DNA of 63,072 bases, the filler included, from a bacterium (GTDB lineage: Bacteria > JAMOTN01), in assembly GCA_027062325.1 (NCBI GenBank). It is 7 parts of 7 records of this genome, joined end to end, with 100 filler letters (N's around TTAATTAATTAA, not from the genome) between each part and the next. Parts side by side here need not be neighbours in the genome. Positions count along the whole stretch, not along the records: positions 1 to 13,732 come from JAMOTN010000001.1; positions 13,833 to 27,847 come from JAMOTN010000002.1; 5 more parts are not named here. One strand, 5' to 3'. A program made the translations under genes and the position numbers. Below are positions 9,872 through 20,283 of the stretch, in pieces. The notes beneath the pieces were generated by a model. It made no database searches and was not told the DNA's origin. It saw nothing but the letters and a program-made list of their open reading frames with translations. Numbering within the stretch: the stretch's first letter is position 1; each line of letters starts with the position of its first letter.

Positions 9872-11578
9872 TTAATGCTGACCTTTTAAAGAGATGCCAA
9901 GCTCTACCAGTTGCCTTTCGCTTACTGGACTTGGAGCATCAGTTAATGGACACATTCCACTCGTTGTTTTTGGAAATGCTATGACGTCTCTTATATTGTC
10001 CAAGCCAAGCATAATCATTGCAAGACGTTCTAGTCCGAATGCAATTCCTCCATGTGGAGGAGCTCCGCTCTTTAAAGCTCTCAAAAGAAACCCAAACTTT
10101 TCCTCTGCTTCTTCAGGTGAAATTTTCAAGAGCTCAAAAACTCTTTGTTGCTTTTCAGGAGAGGAGATTCTTATGCTACCTCCACCAACTTCTTCGCCAT
10201 TTATCACCATATCGTATGCAAGAGAGGTTGCGTGTTCTAACTTGCCATCTGCTGGCTCTTCAAAGTCGGTGAAAGGATGGTGCACGCTTACAAAGCGTTT
10301 CTCTTCTTCATCCCATTCGAAGAGAGGAAAATCTATTATCCATGCTGGAGCAAAACGCTTCTTAGCTAAATTAAACTTTCTTATAAGCCAGTTTCTTATA
10401 TCTCCTATCAAAGTTGTGGCAGCGTCGTTCGCAACAAATATGACTGTTGCTTCAGAAGGTAACGATAGTTCTTTGATTACCAACTCTTGAAATTCAGAAG
10501 AAGTGTTTTTACCTATGGGACCAGAAAAATTACCATCTGAGAATGGGACAACTGCGGCTTTACAGAAATTCTCTTCTAGCTCCTTTTCAAGATTTTGAGA
10601 TTCTTTTCTAGACAGTTTAACCGGAATAAATGTAGCGGATAAATGATTTGCAGATTCGAAGATTCTGAAACCGCATCCACCTTTTACATTGTCAAGGTGC
10701 ACGACGGTGATATCTTCAGCTCTTAAATCTGGCTTGTCACTTCCATAGTCTTCAATTGCCTCTTTATAAGTCAGTACTGTAAATTGTGAAAATTCAATGT
10801 TTAGAAGTTTTTCAAACAAGTACTTTACAAGCTCTTCTGCCAGGCTCATCACATCGCCACGCTTTACAAAGCTCATCTCGATATCGATTTGAGTAAATTC
10901 TGGCTGCCTATTTGCTCTGAAGTCTTCGTCTCTGAAACACTTAACAATCTGAAAATACCTGTCAAAGCCTGACATCATTAGGATTTGTTTAAAAAGTTGA
11001 GGAGATTGAGGAAGTGCATAAAACTTACCACGATGAAGACGCGATGGGACAATGAAATCTCGTGCTCCCTCAGGTGTGCTTTTTGTAAGAAATGGAGTTA
11101 TGATCTCTTTAAATCCTTTGTTGTGCAGAAAGTTGCGCGTTTCGAACATGAGATCTGATATGAATTTGAATATTTGCTGTTTATCTTCGTGGCGAAGCAT
11201 TACGAAACGCCATTTAAGATTTGTCTCTTCTGAAGTGGTGTCGTATGGTTTAACGGGGGCATGAGCTCTGGAAAGTAAATTGAGTTTCTCTACTACAACT
11301 TCAATGTCACCTGTGGAGAGTTTTGGATTTTTATTTTCGCGTTCTCTTACAACTCCTTCTACTTGAATCACAAATTCTTCTTCCAAATTGGAAGCAAGTT
11401 TGAGATTTTCTCCTTCGAATACCAGCTGAGTTATGCCATAAGAATCCCTTAAATCTATAAACACTATATTACCGAAGTCTCTAATTTTTCTTATCCAGCC
11501 TGCTAGTACAACGCGACTTCCCGCATTTTCCAAACGAAGTTGTCCACATGTGTGTGTTCTCATGGATGTTTGAAACAT
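9872..11578 (-). CDS. aspS: Aspartate--tRNA ligase
   Basis: MRTHTCG, STPEGARDF, LPQSPQLFKQ, CFRDED, PPHGGIAFG; start set at the ATG with SD AGGAG. Confidence 0.97.
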   Translation of the reverse strand: MFQTSMRTHTCGQLRLENAGSRVVLAGWIRKIRDFGNIVFIDLRDSYGITQLVFEGENLKLASNLEEEFVIQVEGVVRERENKNPKLSTGDIEVVVEKLNLLSRAHAPVKPYDTTSEETNLKWRFVMLRHEDKQQIFKFISDLMFETRNFLHNKGFKEIITPFLTKSTPEGARDFIVPSRLHRGKFYALPQSPQLFKQILMMSGFDRYFQIVKCFRDEDFRANRQPEFTQIDIEMSFVKRGDVMSLAEELVKYLFEKLLNIEFSQFTVLTYKEAIEDYGSDKPDLRAEDITVVHLDNVKGGCGFRIFESANHLSATFIPVKLSRKESQNLEKELEENFCKAAVVPFSDGNFSGPIGKNTSSEFQELVIKELSLPSEATVIFVANDAATTLIGDIRNWLIRKFNLAKKRFAPAWIIDFPLFEWDEEEKRFVSVHHPFTDFEEPADGKLEHATSLAYDMVINGEEVGGGSIRISSPEKQQRVFELLKISPEEAEEKFGFLLRALKSGAPPHGGIAFGLERLAMIMLGLDNIRDVIAFPKTTSGMCPLTDAPSPVSERQLVELGISLKGQH

Positions 11579-11611
11579 TATACTCACTCCTTTTGATTTG
11601 TTTTTTCTAGA

Positions 11612-12877
11612 CTAAGCCGTGATTATGTTTTTGATATTCTCTAAGAGAGAAGCTATTTCTAAATCTACAATGTGCTGTTCTGAGGTAACCATGTTTTTTA
11701 GGACAACTTTATTTTGTTTAAATTCTTCTTCAAAGAGGATTATTGCTAGGGAAGCGTTTTTACCTGCAAATTTCATCTGGGCTTTAAATGAACCGGAGTG
11801 ATGAATAAATGATAGGTTTAAATTTTGCTCTATTGCTTTATTGACAAGGGAGCTCTTCAGAGTTAAAGCGTGAGGTTTCAACTCTTTGGAGCGCCAGCAT
11901 AATGCTACATTGAGAGGGCTTTTTTTAGGAATGGTTGAGGAGTATAGGAGAACTCTTTCTACCCCGATTCCTACACCAACGGCAGGTTGAGGTTGACCTC
12001 CAAGATCTTCAATCAAATGATTGTACCTTCCCCCACTTGCAACGGCGTCTTGAGATTTTGACTCCCTAATTTTGAATTCAAAAACTGTCTGTGTGTAATA
12101 GTCAAGGCCCCGCACCAATAAAGGATCTACTAAAAATTCTATATTCAATTTCTCAAGTGTTTTCTTAACTTCTTCAAAGTGTTCCCTGCAGTTGTCGCAT
12201 AGGTATTTGGTTATGTTAGGGGCTGATTGGTTTACAATTTTGCAGCTTTCTTCTTTACAATCAAGGACTCGTAGCGGATTTATCTCTAATCGGCTTTGGC
12301 ATGTTTTGCATAGTTTATCCTTATTAGAGTTTAGATACTCAACTAGAGCTTGTCTGTATTTAGGACGACAAGATTTGCAGCCGATTGAATTTATGTGAAG
12401 TTTAAACTTTATCCCCAACATTGTAAGTAATTTGTAAGTGTAGTCTATAATTTCAGCGTCAAATGAGGCATCTTCCCAGCCAATTGCTTCTAAACCAAAT
12501 TGATAAAACTCACGTTGTCTTCCTGCTTGGGGCTTTTCGTATCTAAACATAGGACCAAAATAGTACAGCTTTTGCAGAGGATTCGATTTATCAAGACCAG
12601 CTTCAACATAAGCCCTTACAGTTCCTGCAGTTCCTTCTGGTCTCAATACAATCTTTCTGCCACCCTTGTCTTCAAATTCGTACATCTCCTTTTGAACTAT
12701 GTCTGAAGCTTCCCCAACGCTTCTTGAAAATAACTCATGGGGTTCAATGATAGGAGTTATTATGGGTTTGTATCCAAATTTTTCAGCAAGGTCAGAGGCT
12801 GTTTTAAAAAACAGTACGAATCTTTCTGCCTCTTGGCCTAGCCAGTCTTTTGTTCCACGCAGTTTTTTGTATCTCAC
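11612..12877 (-). CDS. hisS: Histidine--tRNA ligase
   Basis: LRPEGTAG, FRYEKPQAGRQREFYQ, LVRGLDYY, GGRY. Confidence 0.97.
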   Translation of the reverse strand: MRYKKLRGTKDWLGQEAERFVLFFKTASDLAEKFGYKPIITPIIEPHELFSRSVGEASDIVQKEMYEFEDKGGRKIVLRPEGTAGTVRAYVEAGLDKSNPLQKLYYFGPMFRYEKPQAGRQREFYQFGLEAIGWEDASFDAEIIDYTYKLLTMLGIKFKLHINSIGCKSCRPKYRQALVEYLNSNKDKLCKTCQSRLEINPLRVLDCKEESCKIVNQSAPNITKYLCDNCREHFEEVKKTLEKLNIEFLVDPLLVRGLDYYTQTVFEFKIRESKSQDAVASGGRYNHLIEDLGGQPQPAVGVGIGVERVLLYSSTIPKKSPLNVALCWRSKELKPHALTLKSSLVNKAIEQNLNLSFIHHSGSFKAQMKFAGKNASLAIILFEEEFKQNKVVLKNMVTSEQHIVDLEIASLLENIKNIITA

Positions 12878-12962
12878 AATACCACCTTCTTTTGTTGTTT
12901 TGTTCCAATTGGTAGATTTTTAACCACTTTCATTGCCTTAGAGAATTTAATATCATAAAGAT

Positions 12963-13685
12963 ATGAAGAACTACAAGGAAATTATAAAACAAAATTGGGA
13001 CCGCATTAAAAAAGAGATAGAGATGGCCATGGATAGAGTAGGCCGTACGGATTTTCCAAGTGTACTACCTGTTGTCAAGACTTTTGAAGATGAAGCAATA
13101 TTTGCTATTTCTCGAGAGGGATTTGAAGTTGTTGGTGAGAATAGGGTAGAGAGGGTAGAAGAAAAACTTAAGGTTTATCAAGCAGCAGGTTTGGGAGTTG
13201 ATATAATAGGTCATCTTCAGAGTAAAAAGGTTAAGAAGTTGATCAGACTGCTTAAAGATGGATTAAAGTTAAGGTTTGTACATTCTCTGGATAGGGAGTC
13301 GCTTCTGAATGAGCTTATAAAAAGGGCAAATTCTTACCGTAAAGAGGTGAAGGAGTTTAAGTGGCAGGTTTTTTTGGAGTTAAAAACTTCTTTTGAAGAG
13401 ACTAAACACGGGGCAGATGAAGAGAGTTTGCTTGCACTTGTTGAAAGCCTTAAAGGGCGTGATGAGGTGGAAATTGTTGGAATAATGACGATGGCTCCTT
13501 TTGTAGAAGATGAGGATGTGATAAGAGCTTCTTTTAAAAAAGCAGCAGATTTTAGGAAGCGTTTGGAAGATAAATTTGGTAGAAAGATGTTGCTTTCTGC
13601 TGGTATGAGCTCTGATTTTAAGATTGCAGTTGAAGAGGGATCAGATTTACTTAGGATTGGAACAGCTTTCATCGCAGGTTTGTAA
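12963..13685 (+). CDS. yggS: YggS/PROSC pyridoxal-phosphate homeostasis protein
   Basis: VVKT (PLP Lys), GENRV, IGHLQS, GMSSDFKIAVEEGS, RIGT. Confidence 0.92.
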   Translation: MKNYKEIIKQNWDRIKKEIEMAMDRVGRTDFPSVLPVVKTFEDEAIFAISREGFEVVGENRVERVEEKLKVYQAAGLGVDIIGHLQSKKVKKLIRLLKDGLKLRFVHSLDRESLLNELIKRANSYRKEVKEFKWQVFLELKTSFEETKHGADEESLLALVESLKGRDEVEIVGIMTMAPFVEDEDVIRASFKKAADFRKRLEDKFGRKMLLSAGMSSDFKIAVEEGSDLLRIGTAFIAGL

Positions 13686-13732
13686 TTGCTGTATGAAGTA
13701 AGGTGTGATGTATGGGGTTTGAGAGTGCTCTT

Positions 13733-13832
13733 NNNNNNNNNNNNNNNNNNNNNNNNNNNNNNNNNNNNNNNNNNNNTTAATTAATTAANNNNNNNNNNNN
13801 NNNNNNNNNNNNNNNNNNNNNNNNNNNNNNNN
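13733..13832. other. Artificial contig spacer
   Basis: 44 N + TTAATTAATTAA (stops in six frames) + 44 N. Confidence 0.98.
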
Positions 13833-14340
13833 TTTCGTAAAATTCGCGTGGCAAAGCATAAAGGTATACATGCTCTGGAATTGTTTGATGAAAAGCAGTA
13901 TCAAATACTCCAACCTGTGGAACATCAGGCAAAAGTTTGGTTATAGCCTCAATCCCTGCAAGATTCGGCGGATTATGAAGAGGAGCAAGTGTGATACACT
14001 CTTTTAACTTCTCAATAACCTCTTCCGTTATCTTCACAGAACTTGCAAACTTTTCTCCTCCATGAACTACACGATGACCCACTGCCGAAATCTCTGACAA
14101 ATCCTTTATAACACCCTTTTCTTCATCTACTATTACCTCTAGGATTCTCTGGATAGCCTGTTCGTGATCCTTAGCTTCAACTTCAAACTTGTACTCGTTA
14201 TCTTGAGTTTTGTGCTTTACAAAAGCATCATCTTTCCCAATTCTATCCACTATTCCCCTACACAACACTTTTTCCCCTTCCATATCAATTATCTGGTACT
14301 TTGCAGAAGAGCTTCCACAGTTCAAAACAAGTATTTTCAC
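13833..14340 (-). CDS. ackA: Acetate kinase (N-terminal part, truncated by the contig end)
   Basis: ILVLNCGSSSAKY, GHRVVHGG, LAPLHNPPN, VFDTAFHQT. Confidence 0.95.
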
Positions 14341-14538
14341 AACAAAACCCCCCTTTGACTTTTATTTGCACCTGAACACTTATTCACTTTTATTTTACAA
14401 CACAAAAAGCAAAAATCATTTTATTCGCTAAATTATCACTACAGGGAATCCCTTAATAAAATTTCGAAGATTAAAATTCTTCTAAATTCAAAGCAAACAA
14501 TTAAACAAAATTCTTACAATCATTTTGTTGGTACAAAA

Positions 14539-15177
14539 CTAGGTGCTAAACCTTGGTGCAAGCCAAATCTCATATGCCAATTCTCTCACTTTAAAAGAAA
14601 AAACCACACTCTTTACCAAAGTACGCAATCTTTCAACATCATGATAACTGCACTTTGCCTTCAAAAGCGTTTTCAAAAGTATGTAAACTATTTCTTCATC
14701 CGTCTCTTTCTCCACCTTATCAAGTATCCACTCCTTCACTGCCTCTTTTTCAACAATTATTGCCTTTAAGATAGCAGAAAGCTTTCCCTTAGAAGAAGCC
14801 TCATACATTCTCTCCAAATACTCTACTGTCTTTTCAGGATCCCACAAAGACAACACCTTGAAACTGGCTGCAACCACTCTTCTATCTTTGGAATTCAAAC
14901 CCTTTTGAATTATCTGGCAATCTCTTGCTGGATCTCCAATAACTCCCAAAGCTTCTATTGCATTTGCCCTCACTCGAACATCCTTGTGATAAGCCAAAAT
15001 TCGCGCCTGCCCCGCAAATTCTTTTAACCTAAATTCCCTCACCACTCCCAGTGCAAAAGCCTTAACAAACGGCTCCTTCCAATTCAAAAGATTCTCCAGT
15101 TTCTCAACATCAACCTTTCCATCTTCTCGTATCACAGATCCCCTTAAAAAACCAATCTTCTTTCTCTTAAACTCCAC
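14539..15177 (-). CDS. HEAT-repeat protein
   Basis: DVRVRANAIEALG and related helical repeats. Confidence 0.75.
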   Translation of the reverse strand: MEFKRKKIGFLRGSVIREDGKVDVEKLENLLNWKEPFVKAFALGVVREFRLKEFAGQARILAYHKDVRVRANAIEALGVIGDPARDCQIIQKGLNSKDRRVVAASFKVLSLWDPEKTVEYLERMYEASSKGKLSAILKAIIVEKEAVKEWILDKVEKETDEEIVYILLKTLLKAKCSYHDVERLRTLVKSVVFSFKVRELAYEIWLAPRFST

Positions 15178-15210
15178 AGTTCCTCACTTCCACCAAACAC
15201 TTTTAACAAA

Positions 15211-17193
15211 CTACCTAAAAAACTCCGCTACTTTTCTCAACTCTTCATTCTCCAACCTTTCAATTTTTCTGAGAACGAGAGGATTTTCCTTTATTACTGC
15301 CCCCAACTTATCTTTAACCACAACATCCTCTGCCTCTTTCCACCACATCACAAACTTTTCTATATCTTCGTTCGCACATCTTAACAATGCCTTTGCCGTA
15401 TACTCTCCTCCCACCTTAAATGGTGCTCCTTCAACTTTTGCCAGCTCTGATACATCAAGAACCTTGAAGAAAAAGTATATGGAGGCTGCAACCATCATGG
15501 GGCTGTCACTCTTGAAAACCTCTCTCATGCGTTCTATTCTGAATTCGTCTGGATTTTCCGCTAAAACCGATGCCACCCAAAGAGAAAAATCAAAACTTTC
15601 TGCTTCAAGTGCAACTATCAGAGAATCTATTGCAATAGGAGTTCCAATCTTTCCAAGAGCAGTGGCTGCATACCTTCTAACCCACTCATCTGTATCGTTC
15701 AACATCACATCTATCAACTTGTCTGTCGCCTTCTCATAACGAATCATACTCAGTCCATATGCCGCAAGCTGTCTTTCTTCCCTATTCCCATGAATTAACT
15801 TGTTCAACAACACATCCGGATACCTAGGCCCAACATCCTCAAGTACTCTCTTGGCCCAGAATCTGATATTCTCATCCTGAAGTTGTATGTAACGCAGAAG
15901 TTCAATCAGTACAACCGGCCCAAGTTTCTTCAGACTCTCTGCCGCAGCAGATCTTACTATCCACTCAGGATCACCAAGTGCTTCTATCAAGGCACGCACA
16001 GCCCTCTCGTCACGGGTCTCTCCAAGTGCAATAGCCGCATGCTTCCTTATCAACTTTTTATCGCTCTTTATCAAGTTTATAAGCGCAGGAACACTTTCTT
16101 CCCCAATTTCTCCCAAAACGCTTGTAATCCAGTAAATCTCGGACCCTGTCGCCTCCCAAAGAGCATTTACCAAGTCTTCTACCGCTTTACCACCAAGACG
16201 CACCAAAGCTTTAGCTGCTTCTTTCTTTACAAGCCAAACGCTATCTTTTAACCTCTCAATCAAAGGCTTAATAGCCTCTGCATACCCACTCTCTCCTAAA
16301 AAGTGGGCCGCAAGTATTCTCATCTCACTGTCAGGATGTGATAGCAATTCTATAAGAGGTCTAAGTTTCTTTCTTCCCAACCTATCTAAAACCTTCTTGA
16401 CCCATATGTAAAGTTCTTCTTTTCCCTCTTTAAGAACAACCAAAATCGGCTCAACTATCATTTCTCCCATTTTAGCTAGAGCATCAGTTACCGCCTCCCT
16501 CACACTCCACACTGGATCCAGCAATGCTTTGACTAAATATCTGATAACTGCAGGATTCTCCGACTCTGATAAAGCCTCCGCTGCCATAGCCTTTAAGCGA
16601 CTCTCCGAAAAAGAAAGAACTCTTATAAGGAGTTTTACACCTTGGTTTCCCCCTCGAGCAAAGTATCTGAACAGCCAATATAGTTTATTGTAAGAGGACT
16701 TCTTTAAAGCAAGCTTTGCCTCTTCAAATGCCAAATCCTCCAAAACTATGAGAGAACGAACAGCCTCATTACATACCAACCAATCCTCATCCTCAAGCAT
16801 CGAAATCAAAATTTTGGCGCTCTCTTTGGCTTTGACTTTACCAAGCGCCGTAGCCGTCCACTGACGAACGGTAGCAGCGCTATCTTTTGCATAACGTACA
16901 AGAAGCTTAAAAGCCTCTGGAGTTCCAATATATGCTAGTGTATTTATAGCCCAGAAAACCTTATCTTCATTTTCCCTTTTTTCAATGACCTCTTTCAATT
17001 TAGGAAGAGCAGAGACACCATAATTATTAGCAACTGCAAGCGCTGCCTGCCTCCTTTCAAACCACTTAGGAGAAGAAAATTTCTCTATCAATTTTTCTAA
17101 AGACAACTTCGACAAATTTTCCATCTCACTTCCTGAAACCACCATATTAGAATTACCTCCAGCACTTTGGCTTTCCCAGATTAAACAACTCAC
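15211..17193 (-). CDS. Long HEAT/PBS-lyase repeat protein
   Basis: Many repeats such as LxDxxWxVRxxAAxAL; the true start may be slightly downstream (MVVSG). Confidence 0.9.
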   Translation of the reverse strand: MSCLIWESQSAGGNSNMVVSGSEMENLSKLSLEKLIEKFSSPKWFERRQAALAVANNYGVSALPKLKEVIEKRENEDKVFWAINTLAYIGTPEAFKLLVRYAKDSAATVRQWTATALGKVKAKESAKILISMLEDEDWLVCNEAVRSLIVLEDLAFEEAKLALKKSSYNKLYWLFRYFARGGNQGVKLLIRVLSFSESRLKAMAAEALSESENPAVIRYLVKALLDPVWSVREAVTDALAKMGEMIVEPILVVLKEGKEELYIWVKKVLDRLGRKKLRPLIELLSHPDSEMRILAAHFLGESGYAEAIKPLIERLKDSVWLVKKEAAKALVRLGGKAVEDLVNALWEATGSEIYWITSVLGEIGEESVPALINLIKSDKKLIRKHAAIALGETRDERAVRALIEALGDPEWIVRSAAAESLKKLGPVVLIELLRYIQLQDENIRFWAKRVLEDVGPRYPDVLLNKLIHGNREERQLAAYGLSMIRYEKATDKLIDVMLNDTDEWVRRYAATALGKIGTPIAIDSLIVALEAESFDFSLWVASVLAENPDEFRIERMREVFKSDSPMMVAASIYFFFKVLDVSELAKVEGAPFKVGGEYTAKALLRCANEDIEKFVMWWKEAEDVVVKDKLGAVIKENPLVLRKIERLENEELRKVAEFFR

Positions 17194-17202
17194 ATCCTCC
17201 CT

Positions 17203-18633
17203 CTACTCTTTTTGTGGCTCAACATCAGGTGAAGGTTGTGGCTTTATAGGCTTTTCATCCCTCTTTTTATCCTTTCTTCCCCCTTCCTTTGGAGGTGAGA
17301 ATATTGCTCCTCCTTTTCCTTTACCAGATCCACCGGGACCTTTTTTGTAAAGCTTAAATCTTATGCGCCCACGTTTAGAATCAACAGAACATGTGATAAC
17401 ATCACCACGCGAATACTTACCGGCTATTATCTCCTCTGCCAGAGGTGCTTGAACATGCTTTTGAACAACACGGCGCAAAGGACGCGCTCCGTATTTTGGA
17501 TCAAAACCTCGCTCTACCAAGAACTCTTTTACCTTTTTAGGCACACGCAACTCCATCCCCAAATTTTCGCGCAATCTAACAAGCACTTCTTCCTCTAACA
17601 TTATGTCTACAATCTTCAGCATATCCTCCTTAGATAGAGGATTAAACACAACTATTTCATCAACACGGTTTATAAACTCGGGAGGAAACACCTTTTCAAG
17701 TGCCTTAATAGTCTCATCTTCCCTAACCTCATCAGTAACTTTGTGAGTTCCAAAACCTATTGCGCGCTTTATCTCCTCGAGCTTCGCCACACCAACATTC
17801 GAAGTCATAATTATAACAGCCTCTCTAAATGAAACCTTTTCTCCCTTAGCATCGGTTAAAACTCCATCTTCCAAAATCTGAAGCAGTATGTTGTGAACCT
17901 TTTGGTGGGCTTTCTCTATTTCATCAAACAGAACAACTGAGTGCGGCTTGGCTTTGACTGCCTCTGTAAGCTGTCCTCCTTCTTGGTATCCAACATATCC
18001 CGGAGGAGCTCCTATGAGCTTTGCATATTCGTGTGCCTGAGCATACTCTGAACAGTCAATTCTTATAAGCTCATCCTCACTTCCAAATAAGAACTCTGCT
18101 AGAGCCTTAGCAAGAGCTGTCTTTCCAACACCGGTTTGCCCTGCAAATATGAAGCTTCCTATGGGACGCCGTGGATTTCTCAACCCAACATAAGCACGCC
18201 TCACTGCCTGCGCTAGAACTTCAATTGCTCTATCTTGACCTATTATCTTCTTCTTGAGGTGCTCCTCCATGTTTATGAGGCGCTTCAATGTATCTTCTGG
18301 CTCCTCATCCTCTTGACCCACAATTGCAAGCTTTTTATCCTCTTCGTCCTCCTCAACCTCTATGCTTACACGCTTTATATCAAGCTGTGGATTTACTTTT
18401 ATGCACAAGTTGTAAAGCTCCTGCTCAGCAATATCTGCAAACAAAGAATAGTCCTTCTTGTTTTTCAAAACAGGCTCTATTTCCTGGAAGTAATCCACCA
18501 CACAAACGGTAATAACCAATCGCTTGTAAGACTTTTTGTCGTTTATTTTTGCATCTTTGAATATTCTCTTTACCTCCTCATCACTAAGCACTTTTATCTT
18601 CACAAATCTGTCTAAAGACTCACAGTATTTCAT
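17203..18633 (-). CDS. Clp/Hsp100-family ATPase with only the D2 AAA+ module and an unrecognised N-domain
   Basis: IIGQD, Walker A GQTGVGKT, LIGAPPGYVGY, Walker B LFDEIEKAH, PEFINRVD, YGARPLRR; no D1 domain; start re-set to MKYC. Confidence 0.88.
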   Translation of the reverse strand: MKYCESLDRFVKIKVLSDEEVKRIFKDAKINDKKSYKRLVITVCVVDYFQEIEPVLKNKKDYSLFADIAEQELYNLCIKVNPQLDIKRVSIEVEEDEEDKKLAIVGQEDEEPEDTLKRLINMEEHLKKKIIGQDRAIEVLAQAVRRAYVGLRNPRRPIGSFIFAGQTGVGKTALAKALAEFLFGSEDELIRIDCSEYAQAHEYAKLIGAPPGYVGYQEGGQLTEAVKAKPHSVVLFDEIEKAHQKVHNILLQILEDGVLTDAKGEKVSFREAVIIMTSNVGVAKLEEIKRAIGFGTHKVTDEVREDETIKALEKVFPPEFINRVDEIVVFNPLSKEDMLKIVDIMLEEEVLVRLRENLGMELRVPKKVKEFLVERGFDPKYGARPLRRVVQKHVQAPLAEEIIAGKYSRGDVITCSVDSKRGRIRFKLYKKGPGGSGKGKGGAIFSPPKEGGRKDKKRDEKPIKPQPSPDVEPQKE

Positions 18634-18759
18634 TACAACTTTCACCTTTTTTATCCCCCCCAGTATTTGATTAATCACATTGTTTGCTTCGCACAATCCA
18701 TCGCTAAAGTTTTGCTAGTAAAATTCTCGACCTTTATATGGCATCCAACACCATTTTTG

Positions 18760-20040
18760 CTAAACATTTTGCCTCTTTTCTATATCCTCCCCTATATCCT
18801 TTCGGTAATACATTCCATCAAAGTATATCTCTTTCAACCGCCTATAGGCATTTTCTCTCGCTTCTGCCACATTTTTACCCTTACCTATCACATTTACAAC
18901 CCTTCCTCCATCCGTAACATACGAATCTTTATCTTTTTTGACAGCCGCCAAATAAATTAAGCTTCCATCCTTTTCTTCCAAACTCAACCCCTTTATTTTA
19001 AAGCCCTTTCGGTACTTTATTGGGTAACCTTCAGAAACTGTCACAACTCCAACTGTCACAAAATCCTCCCACTCTATTTCTATCTCATCTAAGCGTTTTT
19101 CCATACAATGTCTTATTATCAACCCAAGATCTGTCTTCAAACGAGGAAGAATAACTTGAGTTGCTGGATCGTTAAACCTAACGTTTAAATCCACAACCTT
19201 AGGGCCTCTTTCTGTAACCACAACATGCAAAAACATCGGCCCAACATAAGGGGTTCCCTCTTTCTTTAAAGCCTCAAGCAACGGAGCTATAATTTCATCT
19301 TTTATTCGTAGCATATCTGCTTTATCAACCATAAATGACGGAGAAAGTGCTCCCATTCCACCCGTATGCGGTCCCCTATCCCCATCCATTGCTCGCTTAT
19401 AAACCACCGCGTCTTCTCCAATCACAAAATTTTCTCCATCCGAGAAAACAAGTATCCCTACTTGCACCCCTTGTAAAAACTCTTCAATCACAACCCTGCT
19501 TCCAGCATCTCCAAAAGCCCGATCTTTCAATATTACACTAACTGCAAGCTTGGCTGTAATTTCATCCCTTGCTATTATCAACCCCTGCCCACCTTCTGCA
19601 CCATCTGCTTTCACCACAACCGGCATACTCATTGTATCGATGTATTCAAACGCTTCCTGTTCATCGTCAAATACCCCGTATTCAGGAACTGGGATTTCAT
19701 ATCGCCTCATTAAACTTTTAGCAAATGACTTACTTAGCTCAAGTTGAGCTGCTCTAAAAGACGGCGCAAAAGCGTATATTCCATTTTCTTTTAAAACATC
19801 CGGCAACCCCATAGTGAGTGCAACTTCCGGATTTATTATCACAACATCCACACCATTTTCCTTGCAAAATTTAACTATATCTTCAGTATCTTCCGCCCAC
19901 ATCGGCACATTTCCTGCAATTTCTGCAGTGGCAGCATTTCCACGTGCACACCATACTTTATCAACTTCGCTGCTTTTTACAAGTTTATCTACAATAGCAT
20001 GTTCACGCGCACCTTTTCCTAGCACCAGTACCCTCATCAC
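18760..20040 (-). CDS. PurD-like ATP-grasp ligase with divergent active-site motifs
   Basis: Full-length PurD architecture (REHA, SKSFAK, VVKADG, TGGMGA, GGRV, YRKDIG) but many signature substitutions. Confidence 0.85.
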   Translation of the reverse strand: MMRVLVLGKGAREHAIVDKLVKSSEVDKVWCARGNAATAEIAGNVPMWAEDTEDIVKFCKENGVDVVIINPEVALTMGLPDVLKENGIYAFAPSFRAAQLELSKSFAKSLMRRYEIPVPEYGVFDDEQEAFEYIDTMSMPVVVKADGAEGGQGLIIARDEITAKLAVSVILKDRAFGDAGSRVVIEEFLQGVQVGILVFSDGENFVIGEDAVVYKRAMDGDRGPHTGGMGALSPSFMVDKADMLRIKDEIIAPLLEALKKEGTPYVGPMFLHVVVTERGPKVVDLNVRFNDPATQVILPRLKTDLGLIIRHCMEKRLDEIEIEWEDFVTVGVVTVSEGYPIKYRKGFKIKGLSLEEKDGSLIYLAAVKKDKDSYVTDGGRVVNVIGKGKNVAEARENAYRRLKEIYFDGMYYRKDIGEDIEKRQNV

Positions 20041-20206
20041 TTTACCCCCTAATCTTTAATCTTTAGTTATTGTCAATTATCCCCAATTCAGCTTCTACAT
20101 TCTCCGCATACATTTAAACAGCTTACTTTCATTAACCTCACATCATTAACTTTTATCGACGAACTTAGCATTAATCTTTCCACCCCAATTTCAATAATCA
20201 AAAATC

Positions 20207-20235
20207 TTGCCTCTTTTTAGTTTTTCCAATACGAT
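20207..20235 (+). promoter_or_regulatory. Sigma70-type promoter of the galT-glgA operon
   Basis: TTGCCT-N17-TACGAT. Confidence 0.5.
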
Positions 20236-20283
20236 TATAACAATAGGTAGGTTGTAAACTAATTATCCTAATTTCTTTAGGAG

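Noticed and set aside
9894-10490. 198-aa plus-strand ORF and the many other 60-126 aa ORFs antisense to or nested in clear genes
   Set aside because: Shadow frames of well-supported genes, Ser-rich, with no motifs or SD
20088-20132. 14-codon minus-strand ORF MKVSCLNVCGECRS as a leader or Cys peptide
   Set aside because: Too short, SD poorly spaced, no attenuator structure seen; compatible with chance
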